Origin: Chiloscyllium plagiosum
Taxonomy: Eukaryota
Length of the DNA: 50,182 nt
Direction of reading: 5' to 3'
Assembly: GCF_004010195.1 (NCBI RefSeq)
Contig: NC_057719.1
Location: 247,010-297,191, forward strand
Part shown: one piece after another, positions 36,671 to 49,334 of the stretch
How positions within the stretch are numbered: the first letter of the stretch is position 1
Layout of the letters: every line of letters starts with the position of its first letter
The notes under the pieces: generated by a model
Seen by the model: only the letters and a program-made list of their open reading frames with translations
Told to the model about the DNA's origin: nothing
The model's database searches: none
Position numbers and translations under genes: made by a program

Positions 36671-36988
36671 GGAATGTACCTTAATTCAATTTAAGTTTCC
36701 TTTAAATTTTGGAGTGTGTGGGAAAAGGGTGATTTGTTACAGTTTATTAGAGCTGCTCCTTTAAAAATAGCATATTAATTATCTCTTAGTAAAATAAGCT
36801 GAGCATAAAGTTGAAAAATTGTGAATGATTTAATAAAAAGAACGTAGAGGTACTATGGATTCGGAACTGGCTTGATATTATGGGATCCCTCATTTATCAG
36901 CATTTATGGCCATGTCAATAACTCGTGGATAGTGGTTCAAGCTCATCTCTGATGTAATGGGAGCTATCTTCTGTTATTGTGCTTGCTT

Positions 36989-37226
36989 AGTCTGTATGGG
37001 ACTGTGCAGGAAGTAAACAGTATGTACACCATCACAGCAGTATATAACTTGCAGTTACCTCTGGCCCACTCTTGTACTGCACTCATGGACTCCTGTTGTC
37101 ACGGAGATGTTGGCTTTACCAGTGCCTTCATCGATCTCCAAACAGGAAGAGTAAAGTGTGCCAGTCCCAGATATTGTTGATGAAACGAGAGCACTGTTCT
37201 GTCAGACACTGAAGGCTGGTACATGT
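36989..37226 (+). ncRNA. SCARNA13: Small Cajal body RNA 13 (U93)-like tandem H/ACA scaRNA
   Basis: H boxes ATATAA (37042-37047) and AGAGTA (37148-37153). ACA at 37221-37223, 3 nt from the predicted end. Last hairpin pocket CAGATATT (37168-37175)/ACTGA (37208-37212) is complementary to U2 snRNA around U54. Previous pocket TCACGG (37099-37104)/ATCT (37134-37137) is complementary to U5 AGAU-UU-CCGUGG. Position divergent from GLRX5 matches human synteny. 5' end approximate. Confidence 0.88.
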
Positions 37227-38419
37227 CTTTTCAGTCCTGTATAACCCTCCCACAGAAGGAAGCTACTTACTGATTAGATTGTAATGGATCTGTATCTTAA
37301 TACTATTGATCCATATTTCCTGATAGCCATATCCAACAACATTTTTCTCTTTACCATTTGTTGTTTGTTGAATGTTTGTTTTTTAGGTGAGTGCAGGTGG
37401 TCATTTGGCCATCCATATCGTTTCTTTTTTTCGGGATGTCTGAATATTTATCCCTGGTAGTGTCCTGATACAATTGATATATAAATGCTGCTTATTAAAA
37501 TTAAATTTAACATTTGATGGACTAAATTCATTGTCTGGGATTATATGTCATGCAGTCAAAATGTGTGAATGGTGCTTGTATACATTTCACCTCTTACCCA
37601 ATGGAAGTTGTTTAGATTTTGAGCTGGGTCTGGCTGGGTGGGACTGCACTTGCCTGGTTCCACTCTTATCTTCTTGTAGCCAGAGTATAACTTGCAATAG
37701 CTTCTTTTCCTACTCCCACATTGTTATCTGTGATGCCCCCAATGATCTATCACTGGACCCTCCTATTTCCCATCTCTAAACTGCCTTGACGTGGCGTTAT
37801 CTAAAAGCACAGTTAGTTTTTGCATGAGGACACTGAACTGTACTTTACCACCACTTCTGAGTCCAGCAGAGTGTTAACTTAAAAAAAACCTTCAAGAGCT
37901 GGGGACAATTCTGGCTAAGCTAGCATTTATTGTCCATTCCTAATTGCCTTTGGGAAGGTGGTGGTGAGCTTCCAGAACTGGTGCAGTCCCTGTGTTGTAA
38001 GTACATCCACAGTCCATTAATGAAAGAATGCCAGGAGTTTGACGCCAAAGGAACAGCAGTATATTTCAAAGTCAGAAACAAACTTGCAAGTGGTGGTGTT
38101 CCCACGTATCTGCAGCCTTTGTCCTTATTAGATGTGTTGGGTTTGGAAGGTGATATTGAACGTGATGTACGGTAGTGCATCTTGTAAATGGCACACACTG
38201 TATTTAATGCATTGTTTGTCTGACAGCCAGTACTGGATGAGTAGAAATTTCCTTCAATTATATGGATAGAATGTGTGGGTCATCTGCAGTGCTTCATCCG
38301 GAGGCTCACTGGGGATGTTGCCTAGTATGGTGATGAAACATATGAGAATGAACCTTCCAGCTCAGCGAGCAAACCTACATCCAGAACCTCAACCTAAGCT
38401 ACAAATCTTCTCAACTCTC

Positions 38420-39050
38420 TAATCTATATTCTCCTCCAAATCATGTATATAGATTACAAACCACAGGGGTCCCAGTGCTGATCCCTGCGGAACACCACTG
38501 GTTACTGATTTCCAGTCAGAAAAGCGCACTTCCATAACATCTGTTTTTTATGACTAAGCCAGGTCTGAATCCATTGTACCAGCTCACTGTGGATCCCATG
38601 TGATATCACCTTTTTATGTCAGTCTGCCACGAGGGACCTTGTCAAAGATCTTACTAAAGTCCATAAAGCCAACATCTACCACCCTCCCCTCATCAATAAT
38701 CTTTGTCACTTTCATGCAAAACTCTTATCAAGTTTGTGAGACAGGACCTTTCCTGCACAAACCCATGTTGTTAAGTCCATATTTTTCTAAATGTGAGTAA
38801 ATGCTGTCCTTAAGAATCTTCAATAATTTTTCTACAGCTGATGTAAGACATATACCGGCCTGTAATTTCCCAGATTATCCCAGTTGTCTGCCTTAAACAA
38901 AGGTGCAATATTGGTTATTCTCCAGTCCTCTGAGACCACTCCTGTATCTGAAGGCACCAACATGTCCTCACCTGTGTCCCTCAGCATTCCGGGATAGATT
39001 CTGCCAGGTCCTGGGGACTTGTCTATCTTAGTACTTTTCAAAACGCTCCC
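38420..39050 (-). mobile_element. CR1-type LINE RT fragment
   Basis: DKSPGPGRIYPGMLR, EDWRITNIAPLFK..GNYRPV and [13 protein letters not shown]. Confidence 0.8.
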
Positions 39051-39084
39051 TCACTGCCATCGTTTTTAAATGAACATGCCACAA

Positions 39085-40215
39085 TGATTGGTGCTGGGAC
39101 CTCTGCTTTTTGCCATTTATATAAATGACTTGGATGCGAGCATAAGAGATATGGTTAGTAAGTTTGCAGATGACACCAAAATTGGAGGTGTGGTGGACAG
39201 TGAAGAAGGTTACAACAGATCTTGATCAGATGGGCCAATGGGCTGAGGAATGGCGGATGGGATTTAATTCAGATAAATGTGAGGTGATGCATTTTGGGAA
39301 AGCAAATCTTAGCAGGACTAATACACTTAATGGTAAGGTCCTAGGGAGTGTTGCTGAACAAAGAGACCTTGGAGTGCAGGTTCATAGCTCCTTGAAAGTG
39401 GAGTCGCAGGTAGATAGGATAGTGAAGAAGGCGTTTGGTATGCTTTCCTTTATTGGCCATTCCTGAAGAAGGGCCTGTGCCCGAAACGTCGAATCTCCTG
39501 TTCCCTGGATGCTGCCTGACCTGCTGTGCTGTTCCAGCAATAAAGTTTCAACGTTGATCTCCAGCATCTGCAGACCTCACTTTCTCCTTTCCTTTATTGG
39601 TCAGAGTATTGAGTACAGGAATTGGGAGGTCATATTGCGGCTGTACTGGTCATTGGTTAGGCCACTGTTGGAATATTGCATGCAATTCTGGTCTCCTTCC
39701 TATTGGAAAGATGTTGTAAAATTTGAAAAGGTTCAGAAAAGATTTACAAGGATGTTGCCAGGATTGGAGGATTTGAGCTAAGGGGGGAGGCTGAACAGGC
39801 TGGGGCTGTTTTCCCTGGAGCTTAGGAGGCTGAGGGGTGACCTCTTAGAGGTTTGAGAAATTGTGAGGGGCATGGATAGGATAAATAGACAAAGTCCTTT
39901 CCCTGGGGTGGGGGAGTCCAGAACTAGAGGGCATAGGTTTAGGATGAGAGGGGAAAAATATAAAAGAGACCAAAAGGGGCAACTTTTTCATGCAGAGGGT
40001 GGTACGTGTATGGAATGAGCTGTCAGAGCAAGTGGTGGAGGCTGGTACGATTGCAACATTTAAAAGGCATTTGGATAGGTATATGAATAGGAAGGGTTTG
40101 GAGGGATATGGGCCAGGTGCTGGCAGGTGGGACTAGATTGGGTTGGGGTATCTGGTTGGCATAGACGGGTTGGACCGAAGTGTCTGTTTCCATGCTGTAC
40201 ATCTCTATGACTCTA
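39085..40215 (+). mobile_element. CR1-type LINE 3' portion containing a 130-bp hammerhead unit
   Basis: SKFADDTK, WAEEWRMGFNSDKCEVMHFG, LVRPLLEYCMQFWSP and (TCTATGA) tail. Confidence 0.88.
39457..39586 (+). mobile_element. ~130-bp Penelope-like terminal-repeat unit with hammerhead motif (family A)
   Basis: Perfect 14-bp TSD CTTTCCTTTATTGG at 39443-39456 and 39587-39600. The unit begins at the hammerhead 5' stem. Confidence 0.85.
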
Positions 40216-40714
40216 AATGTTGAGAAGACTAAAGCAGTTATCCTCCACCCCCAACACAAACTGTGTATCCTAGCTACCAACTGCATCCTTCCCCATGGCA
40301 ACTATTTAATTCTGAACTTGACTGTGCACAACTTCGTTTCATGTTTGACCCTGAGAAGAGTTTCCAACCACATTTCTGTCTCCATAATGTGCCCTGACCT
40401 CAGATCACCAGCTGATGTAAACCTTATCAATCCATTCTTACCTCTGGACTATTCCATCACATCGTAGCTGATCTCCCTCATTGTTTCCTCAGAAACGTGG
40501 GGTCAATCCACATTCTACTACCAATCTTCTTAGTTGCATCAAATCCATTTTATTTATCATGCTTTGCTGTCTGATCAAACTGTCTCTCTATTGAGCAATT
40601 TCTAGATTTTACAATTCTGATCCATGTTTTCAAATCTTTCAGTAACCTTGTTCCTTTCCAGGAACAATATATGATGCCTATATCTGATGTGCTCATGCAG
40701 GGAACATCATCATA

Positions 40715-43220
40715 GTTGGGTTGTAAGTTTGCTCGCTGAGCTGGTAGATTTGTTCTCAGACGTTTTGTCACCATGCTCGGTAACATCATCAGTGAGCCTT
40801 TGATGAAGTGCTGGTGTTCTGTCCCGCTTGCCGTTTATCTGTCTTGGTCCGTTGTGGTGGGTGACATCACTTCCGGTTCTTTTCCTGAGTGGTTGATAAA
40901 TGGGGTTCAGATCGATCTGTTTGTTAATGGAGTTCCGGTTTGAATGCCAGGCCTCTAGGAATTCCCGTGCTTGTCTTTGTTTAGCCTGTCCCAGGATGGA
41001 TGTATTGTTCCAGTTGAACTGGTGTCCCTCTTTGTCTGTGTGTATGGGTACCAGTGATAGTTGCTCATGTCTTTGGTGGCTAGTTGGCGTTCATGTATCC
41101 TGGTTGCTAGCTTTCTGCCCGTCTGTTCAATGTAATGTTTATTGAAGACCTTGCAGAGTATTTTATATATGACATTTGTGCTGCTGGTTGTTGGTATGGG
41201 GTCCTTTAAATTCATCGAGAGTGTTTCAGTGTGGTGGTAGGTTTGTGATCTACCATGATGCCTAGGGGCTGGACTGGTCTGGTTGTTATCTCTGAGATGT
41301 CTTTAATATATGGCAGAGTGGCCAAAGTTTCTGGGTGTGTTATGTCGTCTTGTTTAGGTCTGTTGAGTAGAAACCGGCGAACTGCGCTTATCGGGTATCC
41401 ATTGTTCATGAATACGTTAACAGGTGTTTTTCCTTAGCTTCTCTTGGTTCCCGAGTGCTGCAGTGTGTTGTGCCTCATTTAAATAATGTCCTGATGCAGC
41501 TCCATTTGTGGGTGTTTGGATGATTGCTCTTGTAGGTAAGTATCTGATCTGTGTGTGTCTTTCCTGTAAATGCTGGTCTGTAGCTCTCCATTGGCTTTGT
41601 GTTCTACTGTGACATCCAGGAAGGGGAGTCTGTTGTAGTTCGCTTCCTCTTCGGTGAACTTTATACTGGTACGGATGTTGTTTATGTGTTTGTGGGTTTC
41701 TTCTAATTTGTTGTGTTTCGTGATGACAAAGGTGTCATCCACATAGCAGACCCAAAGCTTGGGCTGGATGGTGGGAAGGGCTGTTCATTCTAACCTCTGC
41801 ATAACTGCTTCTGGTAATAGTCCTGATATTGGTGATCCCATAGCTGTCCCATTGATTTGTTTGTAGATCTTGTCATTGAAGGTGAAGTGGGTTGTGAGGC
41901 ACAGGTCTACTCGTTTGAGGATGCTGTCCTTCTGATGGAGTTGGTGCTGTCAGATGTTTGTGTCCTTGGTTCGGCTAGCAGTGAGGCCAGTGTTTCTTTG
42001 GCTAGGGTGATATTTATTGATGTGAATAGGGCTGTCACATTGCAGGAAACTATGACCTCATTGTCCTCTATCTTGGTGTCTTTGATGTTAAGGAAATCCT
42101 GGGTGGAGTGGATGGAGTGGGGCTTGAGTCTGCTTCTAGTTGTTTCAGGAGGTCTGCAGATGCTGGAGATCAGAGTAGAGACTGTGTTGCTAGAAAAGCA
42201 CAGCAGGTCAGGCAACATCTGAGGAGCAGGAAAATCGACGTTTCGGGCTGGAGCCCTTCATCAGGAATGAAGGGCTCCGACCTGAAATGTTGATTTTCCT
42301 GCTCCTTTGCTGCCTTACCTGCAGTGCTTTTCCAGCAACACACTCTCTACGAGGTGTTTCAGTTCATGTTGCAGTTCCTGTATGTCGGTGTATGGGGAAG
42401 TGAGACTATGGGTCTGAGGGGGGCCCCTTATTTATGTACCTTTGATAATCCATAGAAATAGAGTGTGTTGGATCCTTCAGGTTTCATTCTTTGGAGCTCT
42501 GTCTTGTTAACTTCACCTGTGTTGTGAAGTTTCCTCAGGGATGATGTAATACAGTTTTCTAGCTTGGAGTCGGGTCCATTGCCACCTGTTGGTAGGTATT
42601 GGTATCTGCAAGTAGTGTGTTTGCTTTTTCAATATATTGTGTTCTGTTCAGGATAATGGTCATGTGCCCTTTGTTTGCTGGTAGGATTATGATATTTCTG
42701 TCTTTTCTGACTGTTTCCAGGGCTTTCCTTTCCAGTGCGGGTTATAGAACAGAGAGTTATAGAGATGTGCAGCATTCAGTCCAAGCCATCCACACTGACC
42801 AGTTATCTGAAAGTTATCTAGTACCACTTGCCAGCATTAGGCTCACATCTCTCTGTTCCCTTCTTTCTTTCTGGTTAGTGTTGGTGCCACTGTTTGTCTG
42901 ATGGCCTGCTGGATGTCTTCCATAACTCAGTTGTCTTTCAGGGTGGATTCCAGTACTATAAGGAAGTCCTTTTTATCTGCATCCCTGTAGTTGAAGTTCA
43001 TTCCTTATATTAAGATGGCTTTTTCAGTGTCTGTGAGTGGTCAGTCTATCACCAGTGCTGTCACTCGTATCCATTCACACAGACAGAGGTACACCAGACT
43101 GGGACAGTACATCCATCCTGGGACAGGCTAAACAAAGACACGCGTGGGAATTCTTAGAAACCTGGCGTTCAAACCAGAATTCCATTAACAAACAGATCAA
43201 TTTGGACCCCATTTACCAAT
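40715..43220 (-). mobile_element. Penelope/Poseidon-like element (family D), RT plus GIY-YIG, decayed, with short inverted tail at about 43050-43220
   Basis: VTALFTSI, DDTFVI, RLPFLDV..YRK, NNGYP and NVIYKILCK..YIEQTGRKLATRIHE. Terminal repeat with hammerhead motif at 40755-40796 (G12 mutated). Confidence 0.88.
42149..42351. mobile_element. Fold-back Penelope-like terminal-repeat insertion (family A variant)
   Basis: Inverted arms centred on CCCTTCAT-CAGGA-ATGAAGGG. TSD AG(T/G)TGTTTCAG at 42138-42148 and 42352-42362. Confidence 0.78.
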
Positions 43221-43762
43221 CTCTCAGACTAGGAAATTCCTGGTAATGAGTTCTGTGGGTACTTGTGTGGCTGATGAGCCCAATCCTAGAGGCACATCTC
43301 TCACCGCATATTTTGCAAGGTGTTTCCAGACAGTGGAATTGGACCTTGACCTAGAGATCATTGATAATCCTTTCTCGGTTCCTTTTCCAGATTTCTTCTT
43401 GCCGCTGGTTGTTCTCAAAGAATTGTGTCCCTTCATACAGGAGTTTCCTCCAAGTCGTTTTTTTTTTCTGAACAAGGGTCTCCTTAGCATTAACGTCCAC
43501 ATTGCATTTCTTTAGGGAAGCCTTCAGGGAGTCTTTGAAATGTTTCCTTAATCCTCCTCTCAATCAAGTGCCTTCTTTGAGCTGGGCAAAGATGATTTGC
43601 TTTGGTAGTTGGAGCTCAAGCATCCTAAGCATGTGGCTGGCCCAATGGGGAGTTGATTTCAGGTGACCATGGCCTCAATGCTGGTGTTGCTAGCTGCTTC
43701 AAGGATGCCAGTGTTAGTACGCCTGTCCTCCCAGGTCAAACAGAGAATCGATCTTTAACAGT

Positions 43763-44046
43763 GTTGTTGTGGTTCTGTTTGCCGAGCTGGGAATTTGTGT
43801 TGCAGACGTTTTGTCCCCTGTCTAGGTGACATCCTCAGTGCTTGGGAGCCTCCTGTGAAAAGCTTCTGTGAGGCACCACTATAACTGCCGGAGGAAAGAT
43901 CACAGAATCGCTTCACAGGAGGCTCCCAAGCACTGAGGATGTCACCTAGACAGGGGACGAAACGTCTGCAACACAAATTCCCAGCTCGGCGAACAGAACC
44001 ACAACAACGAGCACCTGAGCCACAAATCTTCTCACAAACTTTGAAT
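43763..44046. mobile_element. Fold-back Penelope-like terminal-repeat insertion (family C) inside RTE
   Basis: ~105-bp inverted arms. TSD ATCTT(T/A)AACAGT at 43751-43762 and 44047-44058. Confidence 0.82.
43930..43969 (+). ncRNA. Minimal type I hammerhead ribozyme motif (family C)
   Basis: GCA-CUGAGGA-U-GUCACC-UAGACA-GGGGAC-GAAA-CG-UC-UGC. Palindromic ACGU stem III, predicted cleavage after C43966. Confidence 0.75.
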
Positions 44047-44309
44047 ATCTTAAACAGTTTTGGTAGTAGTTCTTAAGGGTCTTGAGGTGGCGTCTGTATG
44101 TAGTCCAAGTTTTAGAGCCATATGCAAGAGTTGGAAGGAGACTGCCTTATACACAAGGATCATCTGTATCAGTATGGATGTCACAGTCTTCAAAATTCTC
44201 ATGCCTAAATATCCAAACATGGCCCTCGCAGATTGCGTGCGACATTGAATCTCTGCATCAATGTCAGCCTTAGGTGGGAAGGAGAAATGCAGGGAACATA
44301 AAAAATACA

Positions 44310-44950
44310 ATAAACAATTAGCAAGACAAATGGCATGTCTGTTTTTGTTGCAAGGAGATAAGAGTACCAGATAGGGGAAATCATGTCACATTACATAAGG
44401 CATTGATGAATTCGTTCCTGGGATAAGGTGTGCACATTTTGATCCTTATATTCTAAGAAAGGATATGCTTACATTAGAGGTAGTGCAACAGGTTCACCAT
44501 ATTTGGAATGAAAGGATTGTCCTTTTGATGAAAAGATAAGTAAATTAAGCTTCTGTACTCTGGAGTTTAATACACGAGTTTAAAAGAATGAGAATAGAGC
44601 TCATTGATGTCCAAAATTCTGAAGGGGTTTGGCAGGTTGGACAATGGGAAATTGTTTCCCCCTGGCTGAGGAATGCTGAACACAGTCCCAGGATAAGGGC
44701 AATCATTTAGAATTGAGATAAGGAGAAATTTTGATTCAGAATTATACATCTTTTCAGTAGTCTATCCTAGAGACTTTGGAGTGCACCATTGCTGAGCGCG
44801 ATCAAAGCTTGAAAAGATGGAATTCTGTTCTGAAAATTGGAGGATATGGGAGTAGATGGGAAAATGAAAGTGAAACTGATCAGCTGTGATCATATTGAAT
44901 ACTGCATTAGGCTGGAGAGGCCCAACAGTATACTCCTTATAATGTTCTAT
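44310..44950 (+). mobile_element. Old CR1-type LINE 3' fragment
   Basis: Degenerate similarity to the other CR1 3' ends in this window. Confidence 0.6.
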
Positions 44951-46529
44951 ACACTGTATTTCCCTCTCTATCATTTATCTGTTGAGGCATTCCTAAAACA
45001 TGCCAGTTTGGATAAACGTTTGGCAATTTGCCATTTGCCCTAATATTGACCAAAAGTTCACTTCATTTCCTGTGAAGGGTTGGGATGTATTATTATTTTA
45101 AAATTGTTATATAAATCCAATTTGGCATTGTTGAGCTGTAAGAGGGACACAGGAAGGGTGAAATATTAATCCAGTATAAAATAACAAAGAACTGCTGATG
45201 CTGGAAATCTGAAACAAAAACAGAAACTGCTGGAGAAATTCAGCAGGTCTGGCAGCATCTGTGGAGAGAAAACAAAATCATCATTCCAGGTCCAGTTACA
45301 CCTTTTCTACGCTGAGATTGCCAGAGGGTGGAAGATAGGAAGGCAAGAGATTGTGGATTGGGCAAGACCCATTGCTGGTGTTTCAGTATTGCCAAAGCTG
45401 ACCAAATCAGTGAAAAGATTTCAGTGAAAGGAGTGTCTGGGAATTCTGTGCGATCAGGACACTTATGAACTAAGTAAGAGAGGATTTGTAAATGTGTACC
45501 TTGTCAATGGTGACCATGCCTGGGGAGTTTGGATGGAATACATCTATAAGTGAATGTAATCCAAGGGCCAAAATAAAAAGTGAGCAAACCTAAAAAAAAA
45601 TGAAGGGCAGAGTTGAAAGGACTACAGCCATTGCATATGCTCGAACACTACACTTCTGCAGAAATTAATTAGAGTACTTGGAACTACAAGTGGACTTTGT
45701 ATCAGCTGTTCAAAGTGAAATTTATCTCTGTTTGAAAACCCTTTGCCTGTTTGTTACTATTTGAATTGAGTGGATTTTAATTTGTTAGAGTAAAACTTTT
45801 ATAAAGTGAATTTTTGTCCATTGGTTTTCTTTCTGTTGGCTTCATAGAGATAACTTTAATAAAAGCTATCAATCCTGAATGAGGTTGTAACACTACAGTG
45901 AGCTCCATTGCCCCAAAACTGCCAGGGTTACCGCTAATAATTCCTCCGCAGGTAAACCCTCTCACCTAGAGAGTGGTGAGTCTGTGAAATTCTCTGCCAC
46001 AGAAAGTGGTTGAAGCCAAACAAGAAGGAGTTCAAACTAGTTATTAAGGCTAATGGAATGGGGAAGGAATGGGGAGAAAGAGGGAACACAGTTTTGAGTT
46101 GGATGATCAGCCATAATCACATTGAATGACAGAGCAGGTTTGTAGGGCTGAATGACCTACTCCACTTCTTATTTTCTGTGTTTCTCAGTATGCATTTGCA
46201 TTGAAGACCAAGAGACTATTGAGAATCTTGTTGATGCTCCTTTCCTTGGCTCACAAAATGGGACTAATTAGATAGTCATTTCAAAGAGCCTGCACAAGTA
46301 AAATGGGCCAAATGACCACCTTCTGTGCTGTATCATTCTATGATCATTCTGTACGTCCACTCGGCGAAGATACAAATTTCTGTTATCTGGAGAACTGTAC
46401 CTCTCTGAAGGTGGACAAAGTGAAAAATCACACACTAGGTTATAGTCCAGCAGATTTATTTGGAGGCACAAGCTTTCGAAGCACTCTCCTTCATCAGGTG
46501 GTTGTGAAGCAGATCACAAAACACAGAAT

Positions 46530-46842
46530 TTAGATTAGATTAGATTACTTACAGTGAGGAAACAGGCCCTTCGGCCCAACAATTCCACACCGACCCGCCG
46601 AAGCAAAACCCACCCATACCCCTACATTTACCCCTTCACCTAACACTACAGGCAAATTAGCATGGCCAATTCACCTGACCTGCACATCTTTGGACTGTGG
46701 GAGGAAACCGGAGCACCCGGAGGAAACCCACGCAGACACGGGGAGAATGTGCAAACTCCACACAGTCAGTCGCCTGAGGCAGGAATTGAACCCGGGTCCC
46801 TGGCGCTGCGAGGCAGCAGTGCTAGCCACTGTGCCACTGTGT
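46530..46842 (-). mobile_element. HE1/V-SINE
   Basis: Highly similar to 15776-16095, with the (CTAAT)n tail. Confidence 0.88.
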
Positions 46843-46914
46843 CATACAGCTGAAGTGTTATATTGAACAAACCTAGATTAAGTCTTTCATCTTTGAGGAT
46901 GGGTTTGTTAGTTT

Positions 46915-47836
46915 CATAAAACATAGAACATTACAGCACAGTATAGGCCCTTCAGCCCTCAATGTTGCACTGACCTGTGAAACCAATCTGAAATCCATTT
47001 TAACTTACACTATTCCATTTTCATTTATATGTTTATTCAATGACCATTTAAGTGCCCTTAAAGTTGGTGAGTCTACTTCTGTTGCAGGCAGGATGTTCCA
47101 CACCCCTACTACTCTGAGATAGACATCTGTCCTATGTCTATCACCTTTCAATTTAAAGCTATGTCCCCTTGTGTTCACCATTACCATCTGAGGAAAAAGG
47201 CTCTAACTGCCCATCCCATTTAATCCTTGTGATTATCGAATATGTCTCAATGAAGTCACCTCTCAACCTTCTTCTCTGTAACGAAAACAGCCTCCAGTCC
47301 CTCAGCCTTTCCTCGTAAGACCCACTCCCGCATACCAGGCAACATCCTAGTAAATCTCCTCTGAACCCTTTCCAACACTTACTTATCCTTCCCATAATGC
47401 GGTGACCAGAACTGTAAGCAATACTCCAAGTGCAGCCACATCAGAATTTTGTACAGCTGCAACATGACCTCGTGCTCTGAAACTCAATCCCTGTACCAAT
47501 AAAAGCTAACATACCATATGCTTTCTTAACAACCCTATCAACCTGGGTGGCAACTTTCAGGGATCTATGTCCATGGACAGAGATTTCTCTGCTCATCTAC
47601 ACTACCCAGGATCTTACCTTTAGCCCAGTACTCTGTATTCCTGTTGCTCCTTCTAAAGTGAATCACCTCATACGTTTCTGCATTAAACTCCATTTGCCAC
47701 CTCTCAGCCCAGCTCTGCAGCTTATCTATGTCCCTCTGTAACCTGCAACATTTTTCGGCACTGTCCACAACTCCACCAACCTCAGTGTCATCTGCAAATG
47801 TACTAACCCATCCTTCTACATCCTTATCCAGGTCAT
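46915..47836 (-). mobile_element. CR1-type LINE 3' portion
   Basis: LQRDIDKLQSWAERWQMEFN, RRRLRGDFIETY, TRGHSFKL and TTCTATG tail. Confidence 0.88.
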
Positions 47837-49334
47837 TTTTGTGTTCAATTTATCATTCAGCTGTAATTTTTTGCTATAAATTCTGTCTTATGATCCTGCT
47901 TCACAATCACCTGATGAAGAAGCAGCTCTTCGAAAACTAGTGCCTCCAGATAAACCTGTTGGACTATAACCTGGTGATTTTGTGATTTTTAACTTTGTCC
48001 CCTGTCCAACAGCAGCTCCTTCAAATCGTCTCTGAAGGTGATAATGCAAGGGATAAGATCTCTTGTACAAGTAAAATGTTTGTACTCTGGTTCGAAAATA
48101 ATGAACCTTTTGGTTTATCTTACAGGGACTTGTTGCAGAGAATTAAATAAATCCAGCTTCATCAATACCTGCTTCTGAGGAATGAGGTGAGGGATGTGAA
48201 GAGCTGCAGGTGAATGGAGACACTGAAGTGGAATGGCAAATGATGCAGGTGTGTGGACCAGCTAGAGAGTATGGCCTCCTCCTGATATCACTGATATACT
48301 AAATGTACACATATTGGGAAATGAGAGAACATGGAGATTTAGCAGCCGTTAGACCTCAAGAAGAACTTTCTTGTTTGTTCTCAGCCTCGTCTTCTCCAAA
48401 TATCACTGAAGATCTCCAGAACTACTGAGCCTCCAACAGGCTGTTTCTGGTACAGCAATGATGTTGATATCTAACCAACAATGGGGAAAATTGGCTATAT
48501 ATATATATATCCTGTCCTCAGAAGCTAACTCTAATCACCTCATCAGGTATTCTCAATCATTCAAAGACTAGTCAACAATGCTATCAAATAGCATTCACTC
48601 ACAAATAACGTGCTCACCAGTGCTCAGTCTAGATTTCTCCAGGATCAGTTGCCTCTAAATCTCATTACAACTTGCTTTTAATTATGATGCAGACTGAATT
48701 CCAGAGGTGAAATGGGTTTTAGAAAGTTAATGTACTGGGGTTGGGCTTCAGTAGGAGGTGTGGTCTCACTACATCTTGACAGTTGTAGCCAGACTTTATT
48801 CTTTTACTCCAGTCCCCTTGTCATAAAGGTCAACATGCCATTTCCTCTAATTGCCTGCTGTAACCTGCATGCTAACTTTGTTATTTGTAAGTGTACACCC
48901 AAGTTCTTCTAAATATCAATGTTTAAAAGTTTCATGTCTTTTTGCAAAATATTTGTACAACAAAACTCACATAATCCAGCACCCAACCAACCAGAATCTC
49001 CAAACCACCCACCCATGTTATAGTTGCTAAGGACATACTGATGGCTTCAGGCTGAAGTGTTTGCAAAAGAACCACTGATGGTTCAAGTATTTTCTCTCTG
49101 TGCTTACAGTGAAAAGAGTAAAAGGTGGAGAGGCTCCAAATGATTCTAATATATGTCGAGGCATGTTACCATGAGCTGTATTGTGTTAGCCAGTATTTTT
49201 GATGTACCAGCATCATCCAATCCCAACTTTACCATATTCATTTCTATCCTCATAACCAAAGTGAATAACCTCACACTTTCCCACACTATCCTCCTCTGCC
49301 ACTTTTTTGCTTACTCACTTAACCCTGTTTCTAT

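Larger units (their letters stand above)
43330..44275 (-). mobile_element. RTE-clade LINE 3' fragment
   Basis: ADIDAEIQCR..ARAMFG.L, KHFKDSLKASLKKCN and WRKLLYEG. Confidence 0.75.
46414..48028. mobile_element. Fold-back Penelope-like element (family B) hosting a SINE and a CR1
   Basis: Inverted arms at about 46414-46530 and 47870-48000. Perfect 12-bp TSD TCTCTGAAGGTG at 46402-46413 and 48029-48040. Confidence 0.8.

Noticed and set aside
36820..36955. Possible C/D box snoRNA (ATGATT..CTGA) upstream of the scaRNA
   Set aside because: Poor C box, no terminal stem and no recognisable guide.
40715..43220. Intact autonomous retrotransposon
   Set aside because: All RT, endonuclease and integrase remnants in the window carry stops, frameshifts or truncations.
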